Shown: one piece after another, positions 1 to 8,116 of the stretch | Numbering within the stretch: the stretch's first letter is position 1 | Layout of the letters: the number at the start of each line of letters is the position of its first letter | Virus record (IMG/VR): IMGVR_UViG_3300017746_000077 | Location: 1 to 31,136 of that record | Direction: 5' to 3' (one strand) | Source: a virus | Length of the DNA: 31,136 nt | The notes under the pieces: model-generated | Databases searched by the model: none | Told to the model about the DNA's origin: nothing | What the model saw: the letters and a program-made list of their open reading frames with translations, nothing else | Program-made: the position numbers and the translations under genes

Positions 1-123
1 AATGGTTTACCAAAGTATGCTTCCAAATTATCATCAACAAAATATCCATATTGTATTGTTGTTTGTGGAGCAGATAATGTAGGATTAACATTCACAAGAC
101 GTTCCATTTGAATATGCTCAAAA
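1..123. repeat. Terminal direct repeat, copy 1 (identical to 31014-31136); overlap from circular assembly or circular permutation
   Basis: Read directly: aatggtttaccaaagtatgc...ttgaatatgctcaaaa is present at both window ends, 123/123 identical. Identity stops at 31013/31014. Confidence 0.95.
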
Positions 124-1679
124 GGTAGTGTTACTTTATATGTTGGATTTGGTGCATCAAAGTTATTGCCTACTGTTGCGTTTCCTGTAAATTTTTCTGC
201 ACCCCAACTCTTACCTTGTAACTGTTCGTATTGTAAAGCAAGTAATGTTCCTGTTCCTTCATAACCAAACTCTATTTCTTTATAGGGTAATGCTACATTT
301 ACTTGACTTGTATTTGTATCTACATATTCGCTTATATCATAACTTGTTCCTGCTAAATAAAAATCATCTAATTTTTGTACTTTAATTTTACCATAATCTG
401 CATCTTGTCTATTACTTACATAATAAGCAGTTAGATTAAACATTTTAAATATTCCTGTTAAGAAGTCAATTATCTTCATATCAGGTATTTGTTCTGTAAT
501 AATAAATTGAAATGTAGCACTTGCTGTAAAAACTGTTGTTTCCCAAAATTCAGACCACCCTGAACCTGCTCCTTGAAAATATCCTGACAAATCCCACCTA
601 ACTAAATTAAAGTCAAGCGTAGTAGTAGTTTGTATTACTATTGTATATGTTTCAGCATCCATATTACCCATATCACTTGCATCAAATACTTGCTGACCAG
701 TTAAATTAGACCTTGTAAACCAAACCGAAGTACCTTTATTTATTATTACATCATATTCAGTAGTATTATTAGCAGGTGTTAATGTTAATTGTTGTTGTAT
801 TGTCGGTAATGCAGTACCGAATATTTGTAAACCAGACCCATTAATCATTCCTGTTTCATTACTTGGGGTTGGTATTCCAAAACCATCTACTAAAGTAGGA
901 AATGTTGTTACTTGTGATGCAGGAGCTACACTACCTTTTTTACGATGTAGCCACAAATGAAGATTATAAAATTCATCATTACTTGTACTAAAAAAATCAT
1001 CTGTAAAAACTAATGAAGGATAACTAACTGTAATTGCTTCTACTATCTCATATAATCTTATAGCATATTTTAAATCAGAATATAAAACACCGTGATTATT
1101 ACTACTTCCAGTATGGTAATACAAATTACCTGTATCGTCTGTATGTGCTGAATTATTACTATTATAAAACAATCTTGATTCTTCTCCACTTGCTCCTGAT
1201 GTTATAAGAGGACATAATATAGCGTTGCTTGTGTTTTGTAATCTTGCTTTTACTGTAGAAGCATCATAATTTAAATTGTATTGGTTTAAATCATCTAATG
1301 CTCCCAGTTTGTCATCCCCTAATATGTCTTTTACATTTACTGTTTCTCCAAAGAATGTAATTCGATATGCGTAGGCTTTATTTAGTTTTAGGTCAACACC
1401 TTCAAGTCTTATATAACCTTGCTTAAAAGCTACGTTATTTAGTTCTATGTTTGCATCTACTTTATTTCTTGCATCAAACCCACCTGATATATTAAAGTTG
1501 TAATAATGTTGAAATAATTTGTTATTAGTTTTAGAAGCTGGTACTGTAAATGTTTGAGTAAATTCAGTAAATATCTTTGCAGGGTCTTTAATGTTTTGTA
1601 TAGATTGGTTAAATGAAACCTGTTCATCTTTAAATAAATCTACTCTTTCTCCACCAATATATAATTGTAGTTTCTGCAT
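1..1679 (-). CDS. Large virion (tail-type) protein, N-terminal part. The ORF runs off the window start and continues at 31013 down to 30608, for 694 aa in total.
   Basis: Manual translation from ATG 1679-1677 (MQKLQLYIGGERVDLFKDEQVSFNQSIQNIKD...) is stop-free down to base 1. It is in frame with ORF 30608..31120 through the terminal overlap (1679+406=2085 nt, which is 695 codons). TAATG overlap with the upstream stop. Absent from the ORF track because it is edge-truncated. Confidence 0.85.
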   Translation of the reverse strand, partial: MQKLQLYIGGERVDLFKDEQVSFNQSIQNIKDPAKIFTEFTQTFTVPASKTNNKLFQHYYNFNISGGFDARNKVDANIELNNVAFKQGYIRLEGVDLKLNKAYAYRITFFGETVNVKDILGDDKLGALDDLNQYNLNYDASTVKARLQNTSNAILCPLITSGASGEESRLFYNSNNSAHTDDTGNLYYHTGSSNNHGVLYSDLKYAIRLYEIVEAITVSYPSLVFTDDFFSTSNDEFYNLHLWLHRKKGSVAPASQVTTFPTLVDGFGIPTPSNETGMINGSGLQIFGTALPTIQQQLTLTPANNTTEYDVIINKGTSVWFTRSNLTGQQVFDASDMGNMDAETYTIVIQTTTTLDFNLVRWDLSGYFQGAGSGWSEFWETTVFTASATFQFIITEQIPDMKIIDFLTGIFKMFNLTAYYVSNRQDADYGKIKVQKLDDFYLAGTSYDISEYVDTNTSQVNVALPYKEIEFGYEGTGTLLALQYEQLQGKSWGAEKFTGNATVGNNFDAPNPTYKVTLPFEHIQMERLVNVNPTLSAPQTTIQYGYFVDDNLEAYFGKP

Positions 1680-2674
1680 TATCTAATATTGTTTATGTAA
1701 TCAAATGACATATCAAAATCAAATGTGTAATCTATAAGTTTGTCGTTTAATGAAGTCTTTTGAACCATACTGTTTTTCTTTACATTGACAGGAACAGATT
1801 CAGTAGCAGAAGGGTTAGTTATAACTTGTCTTGTTAACCAAACTTGTTCTGACAATAGTAATTGCTCAAACCATTGATTAGCCCATTCAGGATAATAACC
1901 AGAACTTAAAGTTATACTTGTGTTTGCTACTGTATTATAATCTTGTTTAGTATGTACATAAGGACTATAAACTCCTGCTGTATTTGTAACAACTCTTTGA
2001 AATTGCTCTTGTTTTTTTGTAGTAGTATTTACTGATTTTAAAAAGAACCATAAGTCTTGTAATGCACCAAACTTATTTACAAAAGTTATTTTATGTCCGT
2101 TTCCATATTTAGTACAATCAATTCTATTTATATTCATTTTAATTCCAGCAGGACTACCTGTTATTTCAACATCTGTAGCTCCATAACTTTGATAGCCCAT
2201 AGTTTCGTTAGCAATTATATAAGGAACTGAACCTGATGTATTGTTAGGCACATAAATATAGTATTCATCATTTATTCCTGTATGGTTAGGGTCTCCACTT
2301 ATAAGCCAAGTAGGTCTTGAACCAAAAGGTATTTTAGGGTCACTACCTTCTGTAAAAGTACCGTAACCATCATAACCTATGTCTGTTATTGTTGATGTTG
2401 TTAAAGCTGTTCCACTTCCGTCTGTTGATGCGTGTGAAGTTAAAGTAGATATAATGGCTAAAGTTTCAGCAGTATAACTACCATCATAAGTTATGTTTAT
2501 AAAATCTCTACATAGTTCTGCTATTTCCCAAAGCATATTTGCTCCTGCTGTTGCTTTTTTTATTAAAGTATATTCTATTGTTCCATCAATACTAATAGTT
2601 ATTTTAGCAGAATTAGCTCCTGTACCTGCTGCTGCGTATTTATATTGTGGACTTCTTAATGCTATTGCTGCCAT
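1679..2674 (-). CDS. Virion structural protein, tail-associated (tube or tubular-protein candidate)
   Basis: 331-aa ORF with an ATG start, located between the neck-like genes and the 694-aa tail gene. No diagnostic motif recognised; the call rests on position only. Confidence 0.5.
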   Translation of the reverse strand: MAAIALRSPQYKYAAAGTGANSAKITISIDGTIEYTLIKKATAGANMLWEIAELCRDFINITYDGSYTAETLAIISTLTSHASTDGSGTALTTSTITDIGYDGYGTFTEGSDPKIPFGSRPTWLISGDPNHTGINDEYYIYVPNNTSGSVPYIIANETMGYQSYGATDVEITGSPAGIKMNINRIDCTKYGNGHKITFVNKFGALQDLWFFLKSVNTTTKKQEQFQRVVTNTAGVYSPYVHTKQDYNTVANTSITLSSGYYPEWANQWFEQLLLSEQVWLTRQVITNPSATESVPVNVKKNSMVQKTSLNDKLIDYTFDFDMSFDYINNIR

Positions 2675-2677
2675 TGT

Positions 2678-3211
2678 TTATTTTTTTGTTCCTAATATTA
2701 TTCCTTTTTCTATATCTAATACAAAGTCTTTTACTAATTCTTCTGGCAGTCTTTTAAATGCTGCTTCAAATGGTTTAGTGAAAAAGTATGTAGGTTTAAA
2801 ACCTTGTGCATATATACTTCTTTGTAATACAAACGCCATACTCTTATAACTTCCTTTTTTAAATTTACCTTCTTTATCTCTAAATCTTATATTCTTTTTT
2901 TGCGCCCAATCTCTTAAAGGTTGCATTGGTGGCATCTTTTGCTTATAACTAAACTTACTATTAGGTGCTTTTTGTTTACCCCCTTTTATTAAACTTGGAT
3001 TAGCACCCTTAACTCCTTCGTCTTGAAACATACCATAATCTTCCATATAGAAGTCAAGTATAAATCCTTTTTGTTCTTCGTCTAATGTGTACCTAATAGA
3101 ATCATATAAAGCACCACCACCCTGATTGTTTTTAGTTAGGCGTGACTTTGATTGTTGAACAACATATTTACCAAAATCGTTTAATGCTTTATTTATATTC
3201 TTGAAATTCAT
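2678..3211 (-). CDS. Neck / tail-completion protein, HK97 gp10-like (tentative)
   Basis: 177 aa. Size, position and the N-terminal pattern (FGKYVVQQSKSRL..GGGALYDSIRY...FQDEGVKG) resemble the gp10 family. TAATG coupling to the upstream gene. Confidence 0.4.
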   Translation of the reverse strand: MNFKNINKALNDFGKYVVQQSKSRLTKNNQGGGALYDSIRYTLDEEQKGFILDFYMEDYGMFQDEGVKGANPSLIKGGKQKAPNSKFSYKQKMPPMQPLRDWAQKKNIRFRDKEGKFKKGSYKSMAFVLQRSIYAQGFKPTYFFTKPFEAAFKRLPEELVKDFVLDIEKGIILGTKK

Positions 3212-3681
3212 TAACAGATTCTTATGTCATTATAAATTACTATATCCATTGTAGCCGTCCATCCTGCTAATTGGTTTTCAAACCTGTCATAAAATGGTTC
3301 ACAATTTACAAGACTATCAAGCTGGTACATATCTTGATGTAATGTTCCCATTCTTAATACTTGTATTGCCTTGTTTAATACTGCAAGTTGAGTGTTTAGA
3401 ATATCTTGTTCATTATTGTTTCCTGTAAACCTATCTGTTGTAGGTTGTTTAGATTGGTCTACTATATCCATTGCCAAGATGCTTATATTAAAATTAAGCG
3501 TTTGTTCTTCTTGTGTTACGTTGTTTACTATAATATGAGCAAGGGGAAATATATCTTGTTTGTTTAAATTAACATCGTATATGTCTCCTGTAGTTACTGT
3601 ATTGCAGTTTATGTCTGCAAGTAATTGTGCTTTTATAGTTTCAGTTAATTGGTAAAAACCTCTTATTCCTTGTTGGCTCAT
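3211..3681 (-). CDS. Neck protein (head-closure or tail-terminator candidate)
   Basis: 156-aa ORF in the neck position, coupled to the next gene by a 1-nt overlap. Confidence 0.35.
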   Translation of the reverse strand: MSQQGIRGFYQLTETIKAQLLADINCNTVTTGDIYDVNLNKQDIFPLAHIIVNNVTQEEQTLNFNISILAMDIVDQSKQPTTDRFTGNNNEQDILNTQLAVLNKAIQVLRMGTLHQDMYQLDSLVNCEPFYDRFENQLAGWTATMDIVIYNDIRIC

Positions 3682-3763
3682 TTAAATTTACTTTTTATTT
3701 GTTTCGATTCTAATTCGTTTTTGTCTTTCATAAATGCTAACATCATTAAACATTGGTGCATAC

Positions 3764-4414
3764 CTAATTTAGTGATATTTTCAAATCGTGTAATATCTCC
3801 TGCAGCGAGACCGTAAAGGCTCGAATACCATCCCCACTTTTTTGAAAACCCAGCTCTTGAAGAAGTTGTTTCTCCTCCTTGTTCTCCAAATAATTCATCA
3901 TAGTTTTCGATAAGTCGATGCCTAAATGATAAAAAAAAATAATAGAACCAAATACAGCATCCATTGGCATCTGTAGTAGGAGGTCTTTTGTTTCTACATT
4001 ATAATCTTCTATAAGGTATTTATCTCCTAACTTTTGTTTGATAGGTCTGTATAGTACATTCATAGCTGTATGAATATTATCCCAATCTCCCATATAGGTA
4101 TCAAGGTCAATATATTCGCCTAATGTAATTTCATCTAAATCAGGAACAAACCCATATTCAACACCACCTAAATAGAAACTTTTAACCAAGTCTGGTTTTT
4201 CTTCAAACATATTAGTTATTAATGTTGCTATACGGTCTGCGTCAGATAGTTTAATGTTAAGAGCATCTTGCGTTTTAATTCTACAAAATATCTCAATCAT
4301 TTTTGATTGTATGAAGTTATTGTCTTTGCTACTGTTTTGCACTTTTAAGAACTTTTGATATTGCTTTAATGTAATCTCATTAAGTTCTGTAGGCACGTTT
4401 ATATTAGCTTTCAT
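3764..4414 (-). CDS. Hypothetical morphogenesis protein; first gene of a late operon
   Basis: 216-aa ORF. The ATG at 4414 lies 3 nt downstream of the motif at 4418-4427 and just after terminator 4450-4476. Confidence 0.6.
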   Translation of the reverse strand: MKANINVPTELNEITLKQYQKFLKVQNSSKDNNFIQSKMIEIFCRIKTQDALNIKLSDADRIATLITNMFEEKPDLVKSFYLGGVEYGFVPDLDEITLGEYIDLDTYMGDWDNIHTAMNVLYRPIKQKLGDKYLIEDYNVETKDLLLQMPMDAVFGSIIFFYHLGIDLSKTMMNYLENKEEKQLLQELGFQKSGDGIRAFTVSLQEILHDLKISLN

Positions 4415-4417
4415 ACT

Positions 4418-4427
4418 TATATAACGT
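4418..4427 (-). promoter_or_regulatory. Late promoter-like motif ACGTTATATA (minus-strand reading), copy 1
   Basis: Exact 10-mer, 3 nt upstream of ATG 4414. Follows terminator 4450-4476. Confidence 0.6.
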
Positions 4428-4449
4428 AATTAAAGTACGATTTTAGTAT

Positions 4450-4476
4450 AAAAAAAAAGGTGCTATTTCTAACACC
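4450..4476 (-). terminator. Intrinsic terminator
   Basis: Minus-strand RNA GGUGUU-AGAAAU-AGCACC followed by U9. Confidence 0.6.
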
Positions 4477-4505
4477 CTTTTTCCACTAAAAACAAAACAA
4501 AATTA

Positions 4506-4619
4506 TTAATCTATATATTCGCATTGATGACTACAATACCCCTCCTTATAAATTGGTCTTTCACATTCAATACATTTGTATTGTGGCATATCGTCTGGTG
4601 TTTCTGTATAGTAGTTCAT
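4506..4619 (-). CDS. 37-aa zinc-ribbon miniprotein (CxxC...CxxxC)
   Basis: Manual translation gives MNYYTETPDDMPQYKCIECERPIYKEGYCSHQCEYID. ATGA overlap with the upstream stop. Followed by terminator 4450-4476. Confidence 0.5.
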   Translation of the reverse strand: MNYYTETPDDMPQYKCIECERPIYKEGYCSHQCEYID

Positions 4620-4891
4620 AAATTATAAGCTCTCATTTCTTCTTTGTATAATTCTAAATCGTATAGGGCTTCATTCATTCGTTCCCTGTAATCGCTATTA
4701 GCCATTTTACAAGCCGTTAAATCGTTTTGTAATCCTGCAACATAAATCGAGTTGTCTATAAATAGTTGTTGGAATTGTAATAGTTCTTTGTTCTTTGGTT
4801 TAGCTTTTACCCACTTGTTAATTAGTTCGCCAAGTATTATAGCGTTACTGGTATATTCTAAATCTTGTAAGTTCTGTATCTTGTTTCTCAT
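4616..4891 (-). CDS. Hypothetical protein (91 aa from the coupled ATG)
   Basis: The ORF track gives 4616..4948. An internal ATG at 4891 forms an ATGA overlap with the upstream stop (4888-4890), so I prefer it as the start (MRNKIQNLQDLEY...). Confidence 0.55.
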   Translation of the reverse strand: MRNKIQNLQDLEYTSNAIILGELINKWVKAKPKNKELLQFQQLFIDNSIYVAGLQNDLTACKMANSDYRERMNEALYDLELYKEEMRAYNL

Positions 4892-5061
4892 ACTATTGTT
4901 TCTAACAAATGTAAGAAAAAAAACATAGCTACATAAAAGATTGCCCATCCTAAAGCTGCATAACCTACAATTTTTAAAAATGATTCTTTGTTTTCTTTTG
5001 GAGATATTTTCTTTGCAATGTAATATCTACGCTGTCCGTTTACTTCGTAATAATGTTTCAT
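4888..5061 (-). CDS. 57-aa single-pass membrane miniprotein
   Basis: The track ORF 4888..5100 begins at a TTG. An ATG at 5061 forms an ATGA overlap with the upstream mini-ORF. Hydrophobic segment IVGYAALGWAIFYVAMFFFLHLL. Confidence 0.5.
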   Translation of the reverse strand: MKHYYEVNGQRRYYIAKKISPKENKESFLKIVGYAALGWAIFYVAMFFFLHLLETIV

Positions 5062-5192
5062 ACTAATTTTAGTGTTAAAGAAATTATACCTGCAGTCCAA
5101 GCTATTAAAAGTAATATGCCTATGATTTTCATTGAGTCATTTTCTTTTTTTGGACTTCTACCTTGATTACTTCTATATTGTCTTTTTTTCAT
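5058..5192 (-). CDS. 44-aa membrane miniprotein with a basic N-terminus
   Basis: Manual translation gives MKKRQYRSNQGRSPKKENDSMKIIGILLLIAWTAGIISLTLKLV. Tightly packed with its neighbours. Confidence 0.45.
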   Translation of the reverse strand: MKKRQYRSNQGRSPKKENDSMKIIGILLLIAWTAGIISLTLKLV

Positions 5193-5193
5193 A

Positions 5194-5355
5194 TTATGAA
5201 TGTTGGTATCTGAAATTACAGATGTTTTTATAAGATTTTACAACCCACTCTTTCTGATAGGGTTTTAAGTTTTCTGTAGTCAATAACATTTTTAATGTTG
5301 ATTCTACGTCTATAAGTTTTGAGTTGTCCTCAAATGTTAATTTATTTATTGCCAT
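5194..5355 (-). CDS. 53-aa hypothetical protein
   Basis: Manual translation gives MAINKLTFEDNSKLIDVESTLKMLLTTENLKPYQKEWVVKSYKNICNFRYQHS. It fills the gap between neighbouring ORFs. Confidence 0.4.
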   Translation of the reverse strand: MAINKLTFEDNSKLIDVESTLKMLLTTENLKPYQKEWVVKSYKNICNFRYQHS

Positions 5356-5359
5356 ATTA

Positions 5360-5722
5360 TTATAGTAATTTTTTTAATTGATTTTCTCTTTTGGCAATCG
5401 AATCTTTTAATATTTTTATAAAATCTCTTTGCCATTGATTATCGTCTCTTATTGAAGAAATATCGTTTTCAATTTCTAATTGAGCAGAAGTTTTTTCTCT
5501 AATTATTTTATTAGATTTTTCCCAAGATAAATCCCAGCCTAAACCTTCTATTGCTTTAAGATTATGTTTAATCTCTTGTTTTGCTTCATTAAGATTTCTT
5601 TTATCATCAATAATATTATTAATTAAATTATTAATAGTTAAAAGCCTTTTACTAATTTTAGTTTCTTTGTGAAGATTATCAATTTCTGATTCTCTTAAAC
5701 TTAATGTAATCGTATTATCCAT
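5360..5722 (-). CDS. Coiled-coil hypothetical protein
   Basis: 120-aa ORF rich in heptad-like K/E/L/I. Preceded by the duplicated regulatory region 5723-5814. Confidence 0.6.
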   Translation of the reverse strand: MDNTITLSLRESEIDNLHKETKISKRLLTINNLINNIIDDKRNLNEAKQEIKHNLKAIEGLGWDLSWEKSNKIIREKTSAQLEIENDISSIRDDNQWQRDFIKILKDSIAKRENQLKKLL

Positions 5723-5814
5723 TTGTTTTGTTTTGTTTATATAACTGCTTTATTGCAATTATGTAGCTAATATACAATTCTTTTTAATATAATAAACAAA
5801 AAAGTTAATAAAGT
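5723..5814 (-). promoter_or_regulatory. Duplicated ~90-bp intergenic regulatory region, copy A
   Basis: Aligns with 9646-9731. Shared core is AATTAT(G/A)TAGCTAATATA(C/T)AA (5757-5777 versus 9679-9699), plus the 22-mer motif and an AAACAAAACAAAA leader. Confidence 0.6.
5791..5811 (-). promoter_or_regulatory. Early promoter/operator-like motif, variant TTATTAACTTTTTTGTTTATT
   Basis: Directly after stop 5815 and upstream of the 120-aa gene. Part of the duplicated region 5723-5814. Confidence 0.4.
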
Positions 5815-5916
5815 TTATTCAAACTCTAATATATCGCACTTACTACAGTAGTAGTAGTCTTTATTGTCTTTACCTGAATATATAGTCATTGTCTGTTTGC
5901 ATTTTTTACATTCCAT
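5815..5916 (-). CDS. 33-aa zinc-ribbon miniprotein (CxxC...CxxC)
   Basis: Manual translation gives MECKKCKQTMTIYSGKDNKDYYYCSKCDILEFE. TAATG overlap with the terL stop. Confidence 0.5.
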   Translation of the reverse strand: MECKKCKQTMTIYSGKDNKDYYYCSKCDILEFE

Positions 5917-7118
5917 TATTGTATATAGTATTTGCCCCTGTTAGGATTTTGTAGCTGGTAACTTACTGCATATCTAATTGCATCTAAACAATGATTCCAT
6001 TTGTCTATTGGTGTTTTAGATTTCTTCTCAAGCCAACTGTAGTTGTTAAGTTCTTTTATTAAATTAATACTTTGTTCGTCTACTATTAAATCATAGTCCT
6101 GTAATAATGATATTCCATAAGTAATAGAACCAGCTCCTTTAATTGAAGCTACTATATTACATTTCTGTTTTAATTCATAGATTAATCTTTTTTCTGCAGA
6201 ATCGCCTACTATTAGATTGTCTACTGCGTGTTTCATATTTAAACGTGCTATTTCGCTTGTTGTTAGTTTAGGCAAGTAAAAACATTCTTTTAAATAAATA
6301 ATCTTATTAGCAGTATCTATATTAGTTTCTATTAATGTGTTTGGGTCATTCATTCCAAAGTCTTGACCAAAAACGCTTATACCTACTTTTTTAAATTCTC
6401 CTATTGACCAGTTGGTAAATATTACGCCTTCTGCTTTATTTAACCAGCCACCAAGCATTTGATGTTTATACTTTTGTGGTCTACGTTTCTTTATGTTGTC
6501 TATTTGGTTTATGTAACTTTCTGAAAGGTTTTCAAGATTGTCTAAATAGGTTGTATGTATATAGGTAACGTTATCTTTTGAAGTGTTTACACTTTCTTGC
6601 ACTCCTTTATCTTCAAAGAATCTTTTATATATCCAATGTTCTTTAGTTGTAGGATTTAGTATTAGTATAACTCTATTTTGTTTGCCTTGTTGTCTTACTG
6701 ATAAATCAATCTTGTCAAATGTATCTTCATTAGTAAGTTCTTCTGCTTCATCTAATACAAAGGTTGTAACGCCTTGTAATGACTTTAGATTAGCCGTCTG
6801 GTCTCCACTTGATGTTTTGATACCCTTGAATATTATCTTGCTCCCAGAACGCTTATTTCTTATTTCATCTTTTGTGATATGAAAGTCATCAAACTTTTTA
6901 AGTAGTTCGAGCTTCTCAATAAATTCAGGAATAATAGAAATATAAGTAGAAGATAAAGTGTAACGAGTAAACAGAATAGTATGTCCAGCTTCATAAGTTA
7001 AAAGAACTAATAAGAGGTTTATAGAAAATGATTTACCAGAACCACGCCCTCCAGTTACTATAAAGTATCTCCCATCTGATTCTGCAATAGGCGAATACTT
7101 TTTATTTATCTTAATCAC
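5916..7118 (-). CDS. terL: Terminase large subunit (PBSX / Terminase_3-like)
   Basis: Walker A is VTGGRGSGKSF and Walker B is FVLDEAEE, with a C-terminal nuclease-like half. The start codon is GTG, in a GTGA overlap with the terS-like stop. Confidence 0.9.
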   Translation of the reverse strand: MIKINKKYSPIAESDGRYFIVTGGRGSGKSFSINLLLVLLTYEAGHTILFTRYTLSSTYISIIPEFIEKLELLKKFDDFHITKDEIRNKRSGSKIIFKGIKTSSGDQTANLKSLQGVTTFVLDEAEELTNEDTFDKIDLSVRQQGKQNRVILILNPTTKEHWIYKRFFEDKGVQESVNTSKDNVTYIHTTYLDNLENLSESYINQIDNIKKRRPQKYKHQMLGGWLNKAEGVIFTNWSIGEFKKVGISVFGQDFGMNDPNTLIETNIDTANKIIYLKECFYLPKLTTSEIARLNMKHAVDNLIVGDSAEKRLIYELKQKCNIVASIKGAGSITYGISLLQDYDLIVDEQSINLIKELNNYSWLEKKSKTPIDKWNHCLDAIRYAVSYQLQNPNRGKYYIQ

Positions 7119-7381
7119 TTAAACTTAATTAAGTCTTTAAAGTTTATATTAAAGCCATCACTTGATGATATGTCTACTGATTCTTTAGGTTTGCCATATC
7201 TATAACCAAAGTATAAGTTCATAGCTCTTGAATCTCCTTTTAGTATTTGTTTGCCTAAAGTTTTTATTACTTCGTCATTGTCTATTAAGGCATCTAATTT
7301 TTCAATTAGTTTTAGTTCGTCTGCTTTCTTTGGTCTACCTGCACCTTCTCTTGCTCCACCATTGTTTTTTCTATTATCCAT
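7115..7381 (-). CDS. terS: Terminase small subunit-like DNA-binding protein
   Basis: 88 aa with an N-terminal GGAREGAGRPKK motif typical of small phage packaging and HTH proteins. Directly coupled to terL. Confidence 0.55.
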   Translation of the reverse strand: MDNRKNNGGAREGAGRPKKADELKLIEKLDALIDNDEVIKTLGKQILKGDSRAMNLYFGYRYGKPKESVDISSSDGFNINFKDLIKFK

Positions 7382-7391
7382 AATATGTTTT

Positions 7392-7526
7392 TTAAATTGT
7401 TCTAAAGCGTCTTTGCTTATTCCATTTAATACTCCTACAATCTCCTAATATATTTAATCTTGAAACCTTATTATTAAAGTTGTTTCTTTCTTCATTAAGT
7501 TGACTGTTTCCATTTTTAGAATCCAT
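7392..7526 (-). CDS. 44-aa basic hypothetical protein
   Basis: Manual translation gives MDSKNGNSQLNEERNNFNNKVSRLNILGDCRSIKWNKQRRFRTI. It is the first ATG downstream of the promoter-like motif at 7557-7566. Confidence 0.3.
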   Translation of the reverse strand: MDSKNGNSQLNEERNNFNNKVSRLNILGDCRSIKWNKQRRFRTI

Positions 7527-7556
7527 ATTGAAATATTATTGTTTATTCAATCTATA

Positions 7557-7566
7557 TATATAACGT
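7557..7566 (-). promoter_or_regulatory. Late promoter-like motif ACGTTATATA, copy 2
   Basis: Exact 10-mer in the gap upstream of the terS/terL block, 30 nt from ATG 7526. Confidence 0.55.
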
Positions 7567-7581
7567 AATTTTTAGCTTAAT

Positions 7582-7917
7582 TTATTCAGTACCAGATATT
7601 ATATCTTTTTTTGGTCTGTCTTGTAGAATACTAAAGCCTAATAATAAATAGTTAATAGCATCTGCATATCTACTTTCTATTGGTTCTGCTTGTGGCATAT
7701 AAGGGTCTCCTGCGTGTGTTAAGATTGCTTGTATGTGTTTATTAAAAAATACAGCCCAAACTTCCATAGGTTCAATGCCTATGCTTTCTGCTGTAGATTT
7801 AAAGTTGTTTAGAATGTCTATATTCTTTTGTGTGTATTCTGGTTGTTTAGCTTCCATTATCTCTTGACATTTATCAAGTAGATATTTTTTAGTTTCTTTA
7901 AATTCCTGTTGGTTCAT
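7582..7917 (-). CDS. All-alpha protein, DUF1599 / MazG-like (tentative)
   Basis: 111 aa. The pattern KQPEY..NF....G......W..F.NKH resembles small all-alpha NTP-pyrophosphohydrolase-like phage proteins. Recognised from memory only. Confidence 0.3.
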   Translation of the reverse strand: MNQQEFKETKKYLLDKCQEIMEAKQPEYTQKNIDILNNFKSTAESIGIEPMEVWAVFFNKHIQAILTHAGDPYMPQAEPIESRYADAINYLLLGFSILQDRPKKDIISGTE

Positions 7918-8116
7918 AATTCTGTATTGCTTTTTTTATGTATTCGTATAACTCTAATGTTGATAGGGCTTCGTTTAAGTGTAGTTCTATAGTTTCAAAA
8001 TCTATATTATTGTCTTTTTCTACATCAGATTCTATTTCTCTTATGAATCTTTTTTGTTCCCATATTTTTGATTGCACTTTTAGTAGTGCTTTATCTTTTA
8101 GTTTATTCTCCTGCAT
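7898..8116 (-). CDS. Hypothetical protein
   Basis: 72-aa ORF with an ATG start. Overlaps both neighbours, consistent with coupling. Confidence 0.5.
   Translation of the reverse strand: MQENKLKDKALLKVQSKIWEQKRFIREIESDVEKDNNIDFETIELHLNEALSTLELYEYIKKAIQNYEPTGI

Noticed and set aside
4888-5100. Longer N-terminal versions of the track ORFs 4888-5100, 4616-4948, 13257-13475 and 15697-16161
   Set aside because: Three of the extended starts are TTG or GTG (5100, 16161, 13475). The ATG at 4948 would overlap the upstream gene by 60 nt. In each case an internal ATG gives an ATGA or short overlap, or sits after a promoter-like motif, so I prefer the shorter forms.
7382-7450. In-frame open extension upstream of the terS-like ATG (..GVLNGISKDALEQFKKHI-MDNRK..), suggesting a longer terS or a frameshift fusion with the 44-aa ORF
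   Set aside because: The extension has no ATG, GTG or TTG start before the upstream in-frame TAG, and I saw no slippery heptamer. The GGxRxGAGRP motif is typically N-terminal in such proteins. Proteomics could revisit this.
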